A DNA stretch of 64,000 nucleotides from assembly GCF_009914755.1 (NCBI RefSeq), contig NC_060948.1, one strand, 5' to 3'. The notes below the pieces were generated by a model. It did no database searches. It saw only the letters and a list, made by a program, of their open reading frames with translations, and was not told where the DNA came from. The stretch is from the human T2T-CHM13v2.0 reference genome, Homo sapiens. The translations under genes and the position numbers were made by a program. Numbering within the stretch: the first letter of the stretch is position 1; the number at the start of each line of letters is the position of its first letter. Shown here in pieces: positions 24,525 through 38,701 of the stretch.

Positions 24525-27500
24525 ATGGAATCGAACCACAAGGAATGGACAGGAATAGAATGGTCTCGAATTGAATGGAATCGTATGGAATGGCATCAAA
24601 CTGAATGGAATGGACAGCCACGGAATGGAATGCACTCGAATGCAACGGAGTCGAAACTAATGGACTGGAATAGAATGGACTCGACTGGTACGGACTCCAA
24701 TGGAAGGGAATCGAATGGAAGGGAATCGAACGGAATGGACTCGAAGGGAAAAGACTGCAATGGAAAGGTCTCGAATGGAATGGAAATTAATGGAATGGAA
24801 TGGAATCGAATGAAATGGAGTCAAAAGGAATGGAATCGAATGGCAAGAAATCGAATGTAATGGAATCGCCAGGAATTGATGTGAACGGAACGGAATGGAA
24901 TGGAATCCAAAGGAATGGAATAGAATGGAATGGAATCGAATGGAAAGGACTCGAATGGAAATCACTCGAATAGAATGCAATTTAATAAAATAGGGTAAAT
25001 GTAATGGAAAGGAATCGAAACGAAAGGAATGGAGACAGATGGAATGGAATGGGACAGAGAGCAATGGTATAGAATGGAATGGAATCATCTGGAATGGAAT
25101 TGAATGGAATGGAATAATATGAAATGGAATGGAATGGAATGGAATGGAATGGAATGGAATGCCCTTGAATTAAATGGACTGGATTCGAACAGAGTGGAAT
25201 GGAAAGTGTTGAGATAGAATGGAATGGACTCCTTTGGAATGGTCTAGTATGCAATGCAATCGACTGGCAGGGAATCAAAAGGAATGTAATGGAATGGATT
25301 GGACTGGAATGCAATGGACTCGAATAGATTGGAAACGGAATGCAAAGTAATGGAATGGAATAGTATGGAATGGAATGGAAAGGAATGGAGTGGAATAGAC
25401 TAGAGTGGAATGGAATGGACTGGAAAGCAATGGACTGGAATGGAACTTTCTTGAATGGTCTGGAATCAAACGGAATGGAATGCAATGCAATCAAATGGCA
25501 TGGAATAAAATAGAATGAAAGAGAATCAAATGGAATTGAATCGAATGGAATCGAATGGATTGGAAAGGAATAGAATGGAATGGAATGGAATTGACTCAAA
25601 TGGAATGGACTAGAATGGAATGGATTCGAATGGAAGGCAAAGGAATGGAATCTATTGGAATGGACAGTAATGGAATGGAATGGAAGGGATTGGAATGGAC
25701 TCGAATGGAATGGACTGCAATAGAAAGGATTCGAATGGAATGAAAAAGAATTGAATGGAATAGAACAGAATGGAATCAAATCGAATGAAATGGAATGGAA
25801 TAGAAAGGAATGGAATGAAATGGAATGGAAAGGATTCGAATGGAATGCAATCGAATGGAATGGAATCGAACGGAATGGAATAAAATGGAAGAAAACTGGC
25901 AAGAAATGGAATCGAAATGAATGGAGTGTTATGGAACGGACTCAAAAGGAATTGAATGTAATAGAATGGAGTGGAGTGGACTCGAATATAATGGACTGGA
26001 ATGGAATGAAATCACATGGAATGGGAACGAATGGAATCGAATGGAAAGGAATCGAATGGAAGGGAATGAAATTGAATCAACAGGAATGGAAGGGAATAGA
26101 ATAGACGGTAATGGAATGGACTCGAATAGAATGGACACGAATGCTCAAATTGAATGGACTCGAATGGAATGGAAACGAAAGGAATGTCATCGAATGGAAT
26201 TGAATCGATTGGAATGAAATCGCATAGAATGGAGTGGAATCAAATGGAATTGAATCGAAAGGAAAGGAAGCGAATGGACTGAAATGAAATGGAATGGAAT
26301 TGAATGGAAAGTAATGCAATGGAATAGAATGGAACGAAATTTCACGGAATGGAATCAAACTGAATGGAATCAAATCAATGGAATCAAATCAAATGGAATG
26401 GAAAGGAATTGAATGGAGTAGATGGGATTGGATGGGATTGGAATGAAATGTACTGGAAAGGACTCGAATTTCATGAAACGGAATGGAATGAATTGGAACG
26501 GAATGGACTCGAATGGAATGGAATGTCATGGGATGGCATCAAATGGAATGGCATCAAATGGAATGGAATCGAATGCAATGGAATGCTATGGAATGGAATG
26601 GAATGCATTGGAATGGAATGTCCTCTAATGGAATGGATTCGAGTGGAATGGAATTGAATATAATGGAGTCGAATGAAATGGAATTGAAAGGAATGGGATC
26701 GAATACAATGGAATATACTGGAATGTAATGTAATGAACTCGAATGTAATTGACTGGAATGGAATGTACATGAATGGAATGTAATCGAATGGAAAGTAATC
26801 CAATGGAATAGAATCTAATGCAATAAAATCGACTCAGATAGAGTAGAATGTAATGGAATGGAGTGCAGTGCAATGGAATGGAATGGAATGGAATGGAATG
26901 GAATGGGATGGAATGGTATGGAATGGATAGTAATGGACTGGAGTGAAATGGACTGGAAAGGAATGGACTCAAATTGAAAGGGCTCGAAAGGAATGGAGTC
27001 AAATGGAATGGTCTGGAATGGAATGAACACGAATGTAATGCAATCCAATAGAATGGAATCGAATGGCATGGAATATAAAGAAATGGAATCGAAGAGAATG
27101 GAAACAAATGGAATGGAATTGAATGGAATGGAATTGAATGGAATGGGAACGAATGGTGTGAAATTGTATGCAGTAGAAGGGAATAGAATAGAATGCAAGC
27201 GAAAGGAAAGAATGGATTGGAATGGAATGGAATTCATTGGAATGGAAGGGAATGTAGTGTAATGGACAGGCCTGGAATAAAGTGGAATGCTACGGTCTCG
27301 AATGGAATAAAAATGTATGGAATGGAATGCAATGAAACGGAATCGAATGTCATAGAATGTAATGGAATGCAAAAAAATGGAATCCAAAATCATTGACTGG
27401 AAAGGCTGGGTGTCGAAAGGAATTGACTCCAATGGAATGGAATCGAATGGAATGGAAGTGAATAGAATCGAACTAAATCGAATGGAATGGAATTGATAGG

Positions 27501-28026
27501 AACGGAATGGAAAGGAATGCAATGATTTGGCATGGAATGGAATCGAATGGCATCGAATGGAATGGAATGGAATGCAATGGAATGGAATGTATTAGAATGT
27601 AATGAACATTAATGGAATGTACTCGAATGGATTCGACTGGAATGGAATGTTCTGGAAGTGAATGGACTCCAATGGAATGGATTCGAAAGGAATGGTATCG
27701 AACAGAATGGAATCTAATGGAATGGAATTAAATGGAAATGAATCAAATTGAATAGCACGGAATTGAATTGAATTGAATGGAATCGAATGCAATGGAATCT
27801 AATGAAACGGAAAGGAAAGGAATGGAATGGAATGGAATGGGCTGGAATGGAAAGGAATCGAAACGAATGGAATGGAATCGAACTGAAGAGACTGGAATGG
27901 AATGCACTGGAATGGAAGGGAGTTTAATGGAAGGTTCTCGAAAATAATGGAAGCAAATGGAATGGAATTGAATGGAACGGAATAGAGTCGAATGGAATTG
28001 AATGGAATGGAATGGACTAGAGTGAA
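24525..28026. repeat. DYZ1 unit 8 (3502 bp; several small deletions)
   Basis: Anchor 24525 to 28027. Confidence 0.95.
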
Positions 28027-31000
28027 ATGGAATCGAACCACAAGGAATGGACAGGAATAGAATGGTCTCGAATTGAATGGAATCGTATGGAATGGCATCA
28101 AACGGAATGGAATGGACAGCCACGGAATGGAATGCACTCGAATGCAATGGAGTCGAAACTTATGGACTGGAATAGAATGGACTCGACTGGTACGGACTCC
28201 AATGGAATGGAATCGAATGGAAGGGATTCGAACGGAATGGACTCGAAGGGAAAAGACTGCAATGGAAAGGTCTCGAATGGAATGGAAATTAATGGAATGG
28301 AATGGAATCGAATGAAATGGAGTCAAAAGGAATGGAATCGAATGGCAAGAAATCGAATGTAATGGAATCGCAAGGAATTGATGTGAACGGAACGGAATGG
28401 AATGGAATCCAAAGGAATGGAATAGAATGGAATGGAATCGAATGGAAAGGACTCGAATGGAAATCACTCGAATGGAATGAAATTTAATAAAATAGGATCA
28501 AATGTAATTGAATGGAATGGAAAGGAATCGAAACGAAAGGAATGGAGACAGATGGAATGGAATGGAACAGAGAGCAATGGTATAGAATGGAATGGAATCA
28601 TCTGGAATGGAATTGAATGGAATGGAATAATATGAAATGGAATGGAATGGAATAGAATTCAATGCCCTTGAATTAAATGGACTGGAATGGAATGGACTCG
28701 AACAGAGTGGAATGGAAAGTGTTGAGATAGAATGGAATGGACTCTTTTAGAATGGTCTAGTATGCAATGCAATCGACTGGCAGGGAATCAAAAGGAATGT
28801 AATCGAATGGATTGGACTGGAATGCAATGGACTCGAATAGATTGGAAACGGAATGCAAAGGAATGGAATGGAATAGTATGGAATGGAATGGAAAGGAATG
28901 GAGTGGAATAGACTAGAGTGGAATGGAATGGACTGGAAAGCAATGGACTGGAATGGAACTTTCTTGAATGGACTGGAATCAAACGGAATGGAATGCAATG
29001 CAATCAAATGGCATGGAATAAAATAGAATGAAAGAGAATCAAATGGAATTGAATCGAATGGAATCGAATGGATTGGAAAGGAATAGAATGGAATGGAATG
29101 GAATTGACTCAAATGGAATGGACTAGAATGGAATGGATTCGAATGGAAGGCAAAGGAATGGAATCTATTGGAATGGACAGTAATGGAATGGAATGGAAGG
29201 GATTGGAATGGACTCGAATGGAATGGACTGCAATAGAAAGGATTCGAATGGAATGAAAAAGAATTGAATGGAATAGAACAGAATGGAATCAAATCGAATG
29301 AAATGGAATGGAATAGAAAGGAATGGAATGAAATGGAATGGAAAGGATTCGAATGGAATGCAATCGAATGGAATGGAATCGAACGGAATGGAATAAAATG
29401 GAAGAAAACTGGCAAGAAATGGAATCGAAATGAATGGAGTGTTATGGAACGGACTCAAAAGGAATTGAATGTAATAGAATGGAGTGGAGTGGACTCGAAT
29501 ATAATGAACTTGAATGGAATGAAATCACATGGAATGGGAACGAATGGAATGGAATGGAAAGGAATGGAATCGAATGGAAAGGAATCGAATGGAAGGGAAT
29601 GAAATTGAATCAACAGGAATGGAAGGGAATAGAATAGACGGTAATGGAATGGACTCGAATAGAATGGACACGAATGCTCAAATTGAATGGACTCGAATGG
29701 AATGGAAACAAAAGGAATGTCATCGAATGGAATTGAATCGATTGGAATGAAATCGCATAGAATGGAGTGGAATCAAATGGAATTGAATCGAAAGGAAAGG
29801 AAGCGAATGGACTGAAATGAAATGGAATGGAATTGAATGGAAAGTAATGCAATGGAATAGAATGGAACGAAATTTCACGGAATGGAATCAAACTGAATGG
29901 AATCAAATCAATGGAATCAAATCAAATGGAATGGAAAGGAATTGAATGGAGTAGATTGGATTGGATGGGATTGGAATGAAATGTACTGGAAAGGACTCGA
30001 ATTTCATGAAACGGAATGGAATGAATTGGAACGGAATGGACTCGAATGGAATGGAATGTCATGGAATGGCATCAAATGGAATGGCATCAAATGGAATGGA
30101 ATCGAATGCAATGGAATGCTATGGAATGGAATGGAATGCATTGGAATGGAATGTCCTCTAATGGAATGGATTCGAGTGGAATGGAATCGAATATAATGGA
30201 GTCGAACGAAATGGAATTGAAAGGAATGGGATCGAATACAATGGAATATACTGGAATGTAATGTAATGAACTCGAATGTAATTGACTGGAATGGAATGTA
30301 CATGAATGGAATGTAATCGAATGGAAAGTAATCCAATGGAATAGAATCTAATGCAATAAAATCGACTCAGATAGAGTAGAATGTAATGGAATGGAGTACA
30401 GTGCAATGGAATGGAATGGAATGGAATGCAATGGAATGGAATGGAATGGAATGGAATGGAATGGGATGGAATGGTATGGAATGGATAGTAATGGACTGGA
30501 ATGAAATGGACTGGAAAAGAATGGACTCAAATTCAAAGGGCTCGAAAGGAATGGAGTCAAATGGAATGGTCTGGAATGGAATGAACACGAATGTAATGCA
30601 ATCCAATAGAATGGAATCGAATGGCATGGAATATAAAGAAATGGAATCGAAGAGAATGGAAACAAATGGAATGGAATTGAATGGAATGGAATTGAATGGA
30701 ATGGGAACGAATGGAGTGAAATTGTATGCAGTAGAAGAGAATAGAATGGAATGCAAGCGAAAGGAAAGGAATGGATTGGAATGGAATGGAATTCATTGGA
30801 ATGGAAGGGAATGTAGTGTAATGGACAGGCCTGGAATAAAGTGGAATGCTACGGTCTCGAATGGAATAAAAATGTATGGAATGGAATGCAATGAAACGGA
30901 ATCGAATGTCATAGAATGTAATGGAATGCAAAAAAATGGAATCCTAAATCATTGACTGGAAAGGCTGGGTGTCGAAAGGAATTGACTCCAATGGAATGGA

Positions 31001-31580
31001 ATCGAATGGAATGGAAGTGAATAGAATCGAACTAAATCGAATGGAATGGAATTGATAGGAACGGAATGGAAAGGAATGCAATGATTTGGCATGGAATGGA
31101 ATCGAATGGCATCGAATGGAATGGAATGGAATGCAATGGAATGGAATGTATTAGAATGTAATGAACATTAATGGAATGTACTCGAATGGATTCGACTGGA
31201 ATGGAATGTTCTGGAAGTGAATGGACTCCAATGGAATGGATTCGAAAGGAATGGAATCGAACGGAATGGAATCTAATGGAATGGAATTAAATGGAAATGA
31301 ATCAAATTGAATAGCACGGAATTGAATTGAATGGAATCGAATGCAATGGAATCTAATGAAACGGAAAGGAAAGGAATGGAATGGAATGGAATGGGCTGGA
31401 ATGGAAAGGAATCGAAACGAATGGAATGGAATCGAACTGAAGAGACTGGAATGGAATGCACTGGAATGGAAGGGAGTGTAATGGAAGGTTCTCGAAAATA
31501 ATGGAAGCAAATGGAATGGAATTGAATGGAACGGAATAGAGTCGAATGGAATTGAATGGAATGGAATGGACTAGAGTGAA
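28027..31580. repeat. DYZ1 unit 9 (3554 bp; extra EcoRI site)
   Basis: Anchor 28027 to 31581; GAATTC at 28655-28660. Confidence 0.95.
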
Positions 31581-34500
31581 ATGGAATCGAACCACAAGGA
31601 ATGGACAGGAATAGAATGGTCTCGAATTGAATGGAATCGTATGGAATGGCATCAAACGGAATGGAATGGACAGCCACGGAATGGAATGCACTCGAATGCA
31701 ATGGAGTCGAAACTTATGGACTGGAATAGAATGGACTCGACTGGTACGGACACCAATGGAATGGAATCGAATGGAAGGGATTCGAACGGAATGGACTCGA
31801 AGGGAAAAGACTGCAATGGAAAGGTCTCGAATGGAATGGAAATTAATGGAATGGAATGGAATCGAATGAAATGGAGTCAAAAGGAATGGAATCGAATGGC
31901 AAGAAATCGAATGTAATGGAATCGCAAGGAATTGATGTGAACGGAACGGAATGGAATGGAATCCAAAGGAATGGAATAGAATGGAATGGAATCGAATGGA
32001 AAGGACTCGAATGGAAATCACTCGAATAGAATGCAATTTAATAAAATAGGATCAAATGTAATTGAATGGAATGGAAAGGAATCGAAACGAAAGGAATGGA
32101 GACAGATGGAATGGAATGGAACAGGGAGCAATGGTATAGAATGGAATGGAATCATCTGGAATGGAATTGAATGGAATGGAATAATATGAAATGGAATGGA
32201 ATGGAATGGAATGGAATGCCCTTGAATTAAATGGACTGGAATGGAATGGACTCGAACAGAGTGGAATGGAAAGTGTTGAGATAGAATGGAATGGACTCTT
32301 TTGGAATGGTCTAGTATGCAATGCAATCGACTGGCAGGGAATCAAAAGGAATGTAATCGAATGGATTAGACTGGAATGCAATGGACTCGAATAGATTGGA
32401 AACGGAATGCAAAGGAATGGAATGGAATAGTATGGAATGGAATGGAAAGGAATGGAGTGGAATAGACTAGAGTGGAATGGAATGGACTGGAAAGCAATGG
32501 ACTGGAATGGAACTTTCTTGAATGGACTGGAATCAAACGGAATGGAATGCAATGCAATCAAATGGCATGGAATAAAATAGAATGAAAGAGAATCAAATGG
32601 AATTGAATCGAATGGAATCGAATGGATTGGAAAGGAATAGAATGGAATGGAATGGAATTGACTCAAATGGAATGGACTAGAATGGAATGGATTCGAATGG
32701 AAGGCAAAGGAATGGAATCTATTGGAATGGACTGTAATGGAATGGAATGGAAGGGATTGGAATGGACTCGAATGGAATGGACTGCAATAGAAAGGATTCG
32801 AATGGAATGAAAAAGAGTTGAATGGAATAGAACAGAATGGAATCAAATCGAATGAAATGGAATGGAATAGAAAGGAATGGAATGAAATGGAATGGAAAGG
32901 ATTCGAATGGAATGCAATCGAATGGAATGGAATCGAACGGAATGGAATAAAATGGAAGAAAACTGGCAAGAAATGGAATCGAAATGAATGGAGTGTTATG
33001 GAACGGACTCAAAAGGAATTGAATGTAATAGAATGGAGTGGAGTGGACTCGAATATAATGGACTGGAATGGAATGAAATCACATGGAATGGGAACGAATG
33101 GAATGGAATGGAAAGGAATGGAATCGAATGGAAAGGAATCGAATGGAAGGGAATGAAATTGAATCAACAGGAATGGAAGGGAATAGAATAGACGGTAATG
33201 GAATGGACTCGAATAGAATGGACACGAATGCTCAAATTGAATGGACTCGAATGGAATGGAAACGAAGGAATGTCATCGAATGGAATTGAATCGATTGGAA
33301 TGAAATCGCATAGAATGGAGTGGAATCAAATGGAATTGAATCGAAAGGAAAGGAAGCGAATGGACTGAAATGAAATGGAATGGAATTGAATGGAAAGTAA
33401 TGCAATGGAATAGAATGGAACGAAATTTCACGGAATGGAATCAAACTGAATGGAATCAAATCAATGGAATCAAATCAAATGGAATGGAAAGGAATTGAAT
33501 GGAGTAGATGGGACTGGATGGGATTGGAATGAAATGTACTGGAAAGGACTCGAATTTCATGAAACGGAATGGAATGAATTGGAACGGAATGGACTCAAAT
33601 GGAATGGAATGTCATGGAATGGCATCAAGTGGAATGGCATCAAATGGAATGGAATCGAATGCAATGGAATGCTATCGAATGGAATGGAATGCATTGGAAT
33701 GGAATGTCCTCTAATGGAATGGATTCGAGTGGAAGGGAATCGAATATAATGGAGTCGAATGAAAAGGAATTGAAAGGAATGGGATCGAATACAATGGAAT
33801 ATACTGGAATGTAATGTAATGAACTCGAATGTAATTGACTGGAATGGAATGTACATGAATGGAATGTAATCGAATGGAAAGTAATCCAATGGAATAGAAT
33901 CTAATGCAATAAAATCGACTCAGATAGAGTAGAATGTAATGGAATGGAGGGCAGTGCAATGGAATGGAATGGAATGGAATGCAATGGAATGGAATGGAAT
34001 GGAATGGAATGGAATGGAATGGAATGGGATGGAATGGTATGGAATGGATAGTAATGGACTGGAATGAAATGGACTGGAAAAGAATGGACTCAAATTGAAA
34101 GGGCTCGAAAGGAATGGAGTCAAATGGAATGGTCTGGAATGGAATGAACACGAATGTAATGCAATCCAATAGAATGGAATCGAATGGCATGGAATATAAA
34201 GAAATGGAATCGAAGAGAATGGAAACAAATGGAATGGAATTGAATGGAATGGAATTGAATGGAATGGGAACGAATGGAGTGAAATTGTATGCAGTAGAAG
34301 AGAATAGAATGGAATGCAAGCGAAAGGAAAGGAATGGATTGCAATGGAATGGAATTCATTGGAATGGAAGGGAATGTAGTGTAATGGACAGGCCTGGAAT
34401 AAAGTGGAATGCTACGGTCTCGAATGGAATAAAAATGTATGGAATGGAATGCAATGAAACGGAATCGAATGTCATAGAATGTAAGGGAATGCAAAAAAAT

Positions 34501-35143
34501 GGAATCCAAAATCATTGACTGGAAAGGCTGGGTGTCGAAAGGAATTGACTCCAATGGAATGGAATCGAATGGAATGGAAGTGAATAGAATCGAACTAAAT
34601 CGAATGGAATGGAATTGATAGGAACGGAATGGAAAGGAATGCAATGATTTGGCATGGAATGGAATCGAATGGCATCGAATGGAATGGAATGGAATGCAAT
34701 GGAATGGAATGTATTAGAATGTAATGAACATTAATGGAATGTACTCGAATGGATTCGACTGGAATGGAATGTTCTGGAAGTGAATGGACTCCAATGGAAT
34801 GGATTCGAAAGGAATGGAATCGAACGGAATGGAATCTAATGGAATGGAATTAAATGGAAATGAATCAAATTGAATAGCACGGAATTGAATTGAATGGAAT
34901 CGAATGCAATGGAATCTAATGAAACGGAAAGGAAAGGAATGGAATGGAATGGAATGGGCTGGAATGGAAAGGAATCGAAACGAATGGAATGGAATCGAAC
35001 TGAAGAGACTGGAATGGAATGCACTGGAATGGAAGGGAGTGTAATGGAAGGTTCTCGAAAATAATGGAAGCAAATGGAATGGAATTGAATGGAACGGAAT
35101 AGAGTCGAATGGAATTGAATGGAATGGAATGGACTAGAGTGAA
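31581..35143. repeat. DYZ1 unit 10 (3563 bp)
   Basis: Anchor 31581 to 35144. Confidence 0.95.
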
Positions 35144-38100
35144 ATGGAATCGAACCACAAGGAATGGACAGGAATAGAATGGTCTCGAATTGAATGGAAT
35201 CGTATGGAATGGCATCAAACGGAATGGAATGGACAGCCACGGAATGGAATGCACTCGAATGCAATGGAGTCGAAACTAACGGACTGGAATAGAATGGACT
35301 CGACTGGTACGGACTCCAATGGAATGGAATCGAATGGAAGGGAATCGAACGGAAGGGAATCGAACGGAATGGACTCGAAGGGAAAAGACTGCAATGGAAA
35401 GGTCTCGAATGGAATGGAAATTAATGGAATGGAATGGAATCGAATGAAATGGAGTCAAAAGGAATGGAATCGAATGGCAAGAAATCGAATGTAATGGAAT
35501 CGCAAGGAATTGATGTGAACGGAACGGAATGGAATGGAATCCAAAGGAATGGAATAGAATGGAATGGAATCGAATGGAAAGGACTCGAATGGAAATCACT
35601 CGAATAGAATGCAATTTAATAAAATAGGATCAAATGTAATGGAATGGAATGGAAAGGAATCGAAACGAAAGGAATGGAGACAGATGGAATGGAATGGAAC
35701 AGAGAGCAATGGTATAGAATGGAATGGAATCATCTGGAATGGAATTGAATGGAATGGATTGATATGAAATGGAATGGAATGGAATGGAATGGAATGCCCT
35801 TGAATTAAATGGACTGGACTCGAACAGAGTGGAATGGAAAGTGTGGAGATAGAATGGAATGAACTCCTTTGGGATGGTCTAGTAGGCAATGCAATCGACT
35901 GGCAGGGAATCAAAAGGAATGTAATCGAATGGATTGGACTGGAATGCAATGGACTCGAATAGATTGGAAACGGAATGCAAAGAATGGAATGGAATAGTAT
36001 GGAATGGAATGGAAAGGAATGGAGTGGAATAGACTAGAGTGGAATGGAATGGACTGGAAAGCAATGGACTGGAATGGAACTTTCTTGAATGGACTGGAAT
36101 CAAACGGAATGGAATGCAATGCAATCAAATGGCATGGAATAAAATAGAATGAAAGAGAATCAAATGGAATTGAATCGAATGGAATCGAATGGATTGGAAA
36201 GGAATAGAATGGAATGGAATGGAATTGACTCAAATGGAATGGACTAGAATGGAATGGATTCGAATGGAAGGCAAAGGAATGGAATCTATTGGAATGGACT
36301 GTAATGGAATGGAATGGAAGGGATTGGAATGGACTCGAATGGAATGGACTGCAATAGAAAGGATTCGAATGGAATGAAAAAGAATTGAATGGAATAGAAC
36401 AGAATGGAATCAAATCGAATGAAATGGAATGGAATAGAAAGGAATGGAATGAAATGGAATGGAAAGGATTCGAATGGAATGCAATCGAATGGAATGGAAT
36501 CGAACGGAATGGAATAAAATGGAAGAAAACTGGCAAGAAATGGAATCGAAATGAATGGAGTGTTATGGAACGGACTCAAAAGGAATTGAATGTAATAGAA
36601 TGGAGTGGAGTGGACTCGAATATAATGGACTGGAATGGAATGAAATCACATGGAATGGGAACGAATGGAATGGAATGGAAAGGAATGGAATCGAATGGAA
36701 AGGAATCGAATGGAAGGGAATGAAATTGAATCAACAGGAATGGAAGGGAATAGAATAGACGGTAATGGAATGGACTCGAATAGAATGGACACGAATGCTC
36801 AAATTGAATGGACTCGAATGGAATGGAAACGAAAGGAATGTCATCGAATGGAATTGAATCGATTGGAATGAAATCGCATAGAATGGAGTGGAATCAAATG
36901 GAATTGAATCGAAAGGAAAGGAAGCGAATGGACTGAAATGAAATGGAATGGAATTGAATGGAAAGTAATGCAATGGAATAGAATGGAACGAAATTTCACG
37001 GAATGGAATCAAACTGAATGGAATCAAATCAATGGAATCAAATCAAATGGAATGGAAAGGAATTGAATGGAGTAGATGGGATTGGATGGGATTGGAATGA
37101 AATGTACTGGAAAGGACTCGAATTTCATGAAACGGAATGGAATGAATTGGAACGGAATGGACTCGAATGGAATGGAATGTCATGGGATGGCATCAAATGG
37201 AATGGCATCAAATGGAATGGAATCGAATGCAATGGAATGCTATGGAATGGAATGGAATGCATTGGAATGGAATGTCCTCTAATGGAATGGATTCGAGTGG
37301 AATGGAATTGAATATAATGGAGTCGAATGAAATGGAATTGAAAGGAATGGGATCGAATACAATGGAATATACTGGAATGTAACGTAATGAACTCGAATGT
37401 AATTGACTGGAATGGAATGTACATGAATGGAATGTAATCGAATGGAAAGTAATCCAAAGGAATAGAATCTAATGCAATAAAATCGACTCAGATAGAGTAG
37501 AATGTAATGGAATGGAGTGCAGTGCAATGGAATGGAATGGAATGGAATGCAATGGAATGGAATGGAATGGAATGGAATGGAATGGGATGGAATGGTGTGG
37601 AATGGATAGTAATGGACTGGAGTGAAATGGACTGGAAAGGAATGGACTCAAATTGAAAGGTCTCGAAAGGAATGGAGTCAAATGGAATGGTCTGGAATGG
37701 AATGAACACGAATGTAATGCAACCCAATAGAATGGAATCGAATGGCATGGAATAGAAAGAAATGGAATCGAAGAGAATGGAAACAAATGGAATGGAATTG
37801 AATGGAATGGAATTGAATGGAATGGGAACGAATGGAGTGAAATTGTATGCAGTAGAAGAGAATAGAATGGAATGCAAGCGAAAGGAAAGGAATGGATTGG
37901 AATGGAATGGAATTCATTGGAATGGAAGGGAATGTAGTGTAATGGACAGGCCTGGAATAAAGTGGAATGCTACGGTCTCGAATGGAATAAAAATGTATGG
38001 AATGGAATGCAATGAAACGGAATCGAATGTCATAGAATGTAATGGAATGCAAAAAAATGGAATCCTAAATCATTGACTGGAAAGGCTGGGTGTCGAAAGG

Positions 38101-38701
38101 AATTGACTCCAATGGAATGGAATCGAATGGAATGGAAGTGAATAGAATCGAACTAAATCGAATGGAATGGAATTGATAGGAACGGAATGGAAAGGAATGC
38201 AATGATTTGGCATGGAATGGAATCGAATGGCATCGAATGGAATGGAATGGAATGCAATGGAATGGAATGTATTAGAATGTAATGAACATTAATGGAATGT
38301 ACTCGAATGGATTCGACTGGAATGGAATGTTCTGGAAGTGAATGGACTCCAATGGAATGGATTCGAAAGGAATGGAATCGAACGGAATGGAATCTAATGG
38401 AATGGAATTAAATGGAAATGAATCAAATTGAATAGCACGGAATTGAATTGAATGGAATCGAATGCAATGGAATCTAATGAAACGGAAAGGAAAGGAATGG
38501 AATGGAATGGAATGGGCTGGAATGGAAAGGAATCGAAACGAATGGAATGGAATCGAACTGAAGAGACTGGAATGGAATGCACTGGAATGGAAGGGAGTGT
38601 AATGGAAGGTTCTCGAAAATAATGGAAGCAAATGGAATGGAATTGAATGGAACGGAATAGAGTCGAATGGAATTGAATGGAATGGAATGGACTAGAGTGA
38701 A
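35144..38701. repeat. DYZ1 unit 11 (3558 bp; chimeric unit1/unit9 type)
   Basis: Anchor 35144 to 38702; head carries unit-1 markers, tail carries unit-9 markers. Confidence 0.95.
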
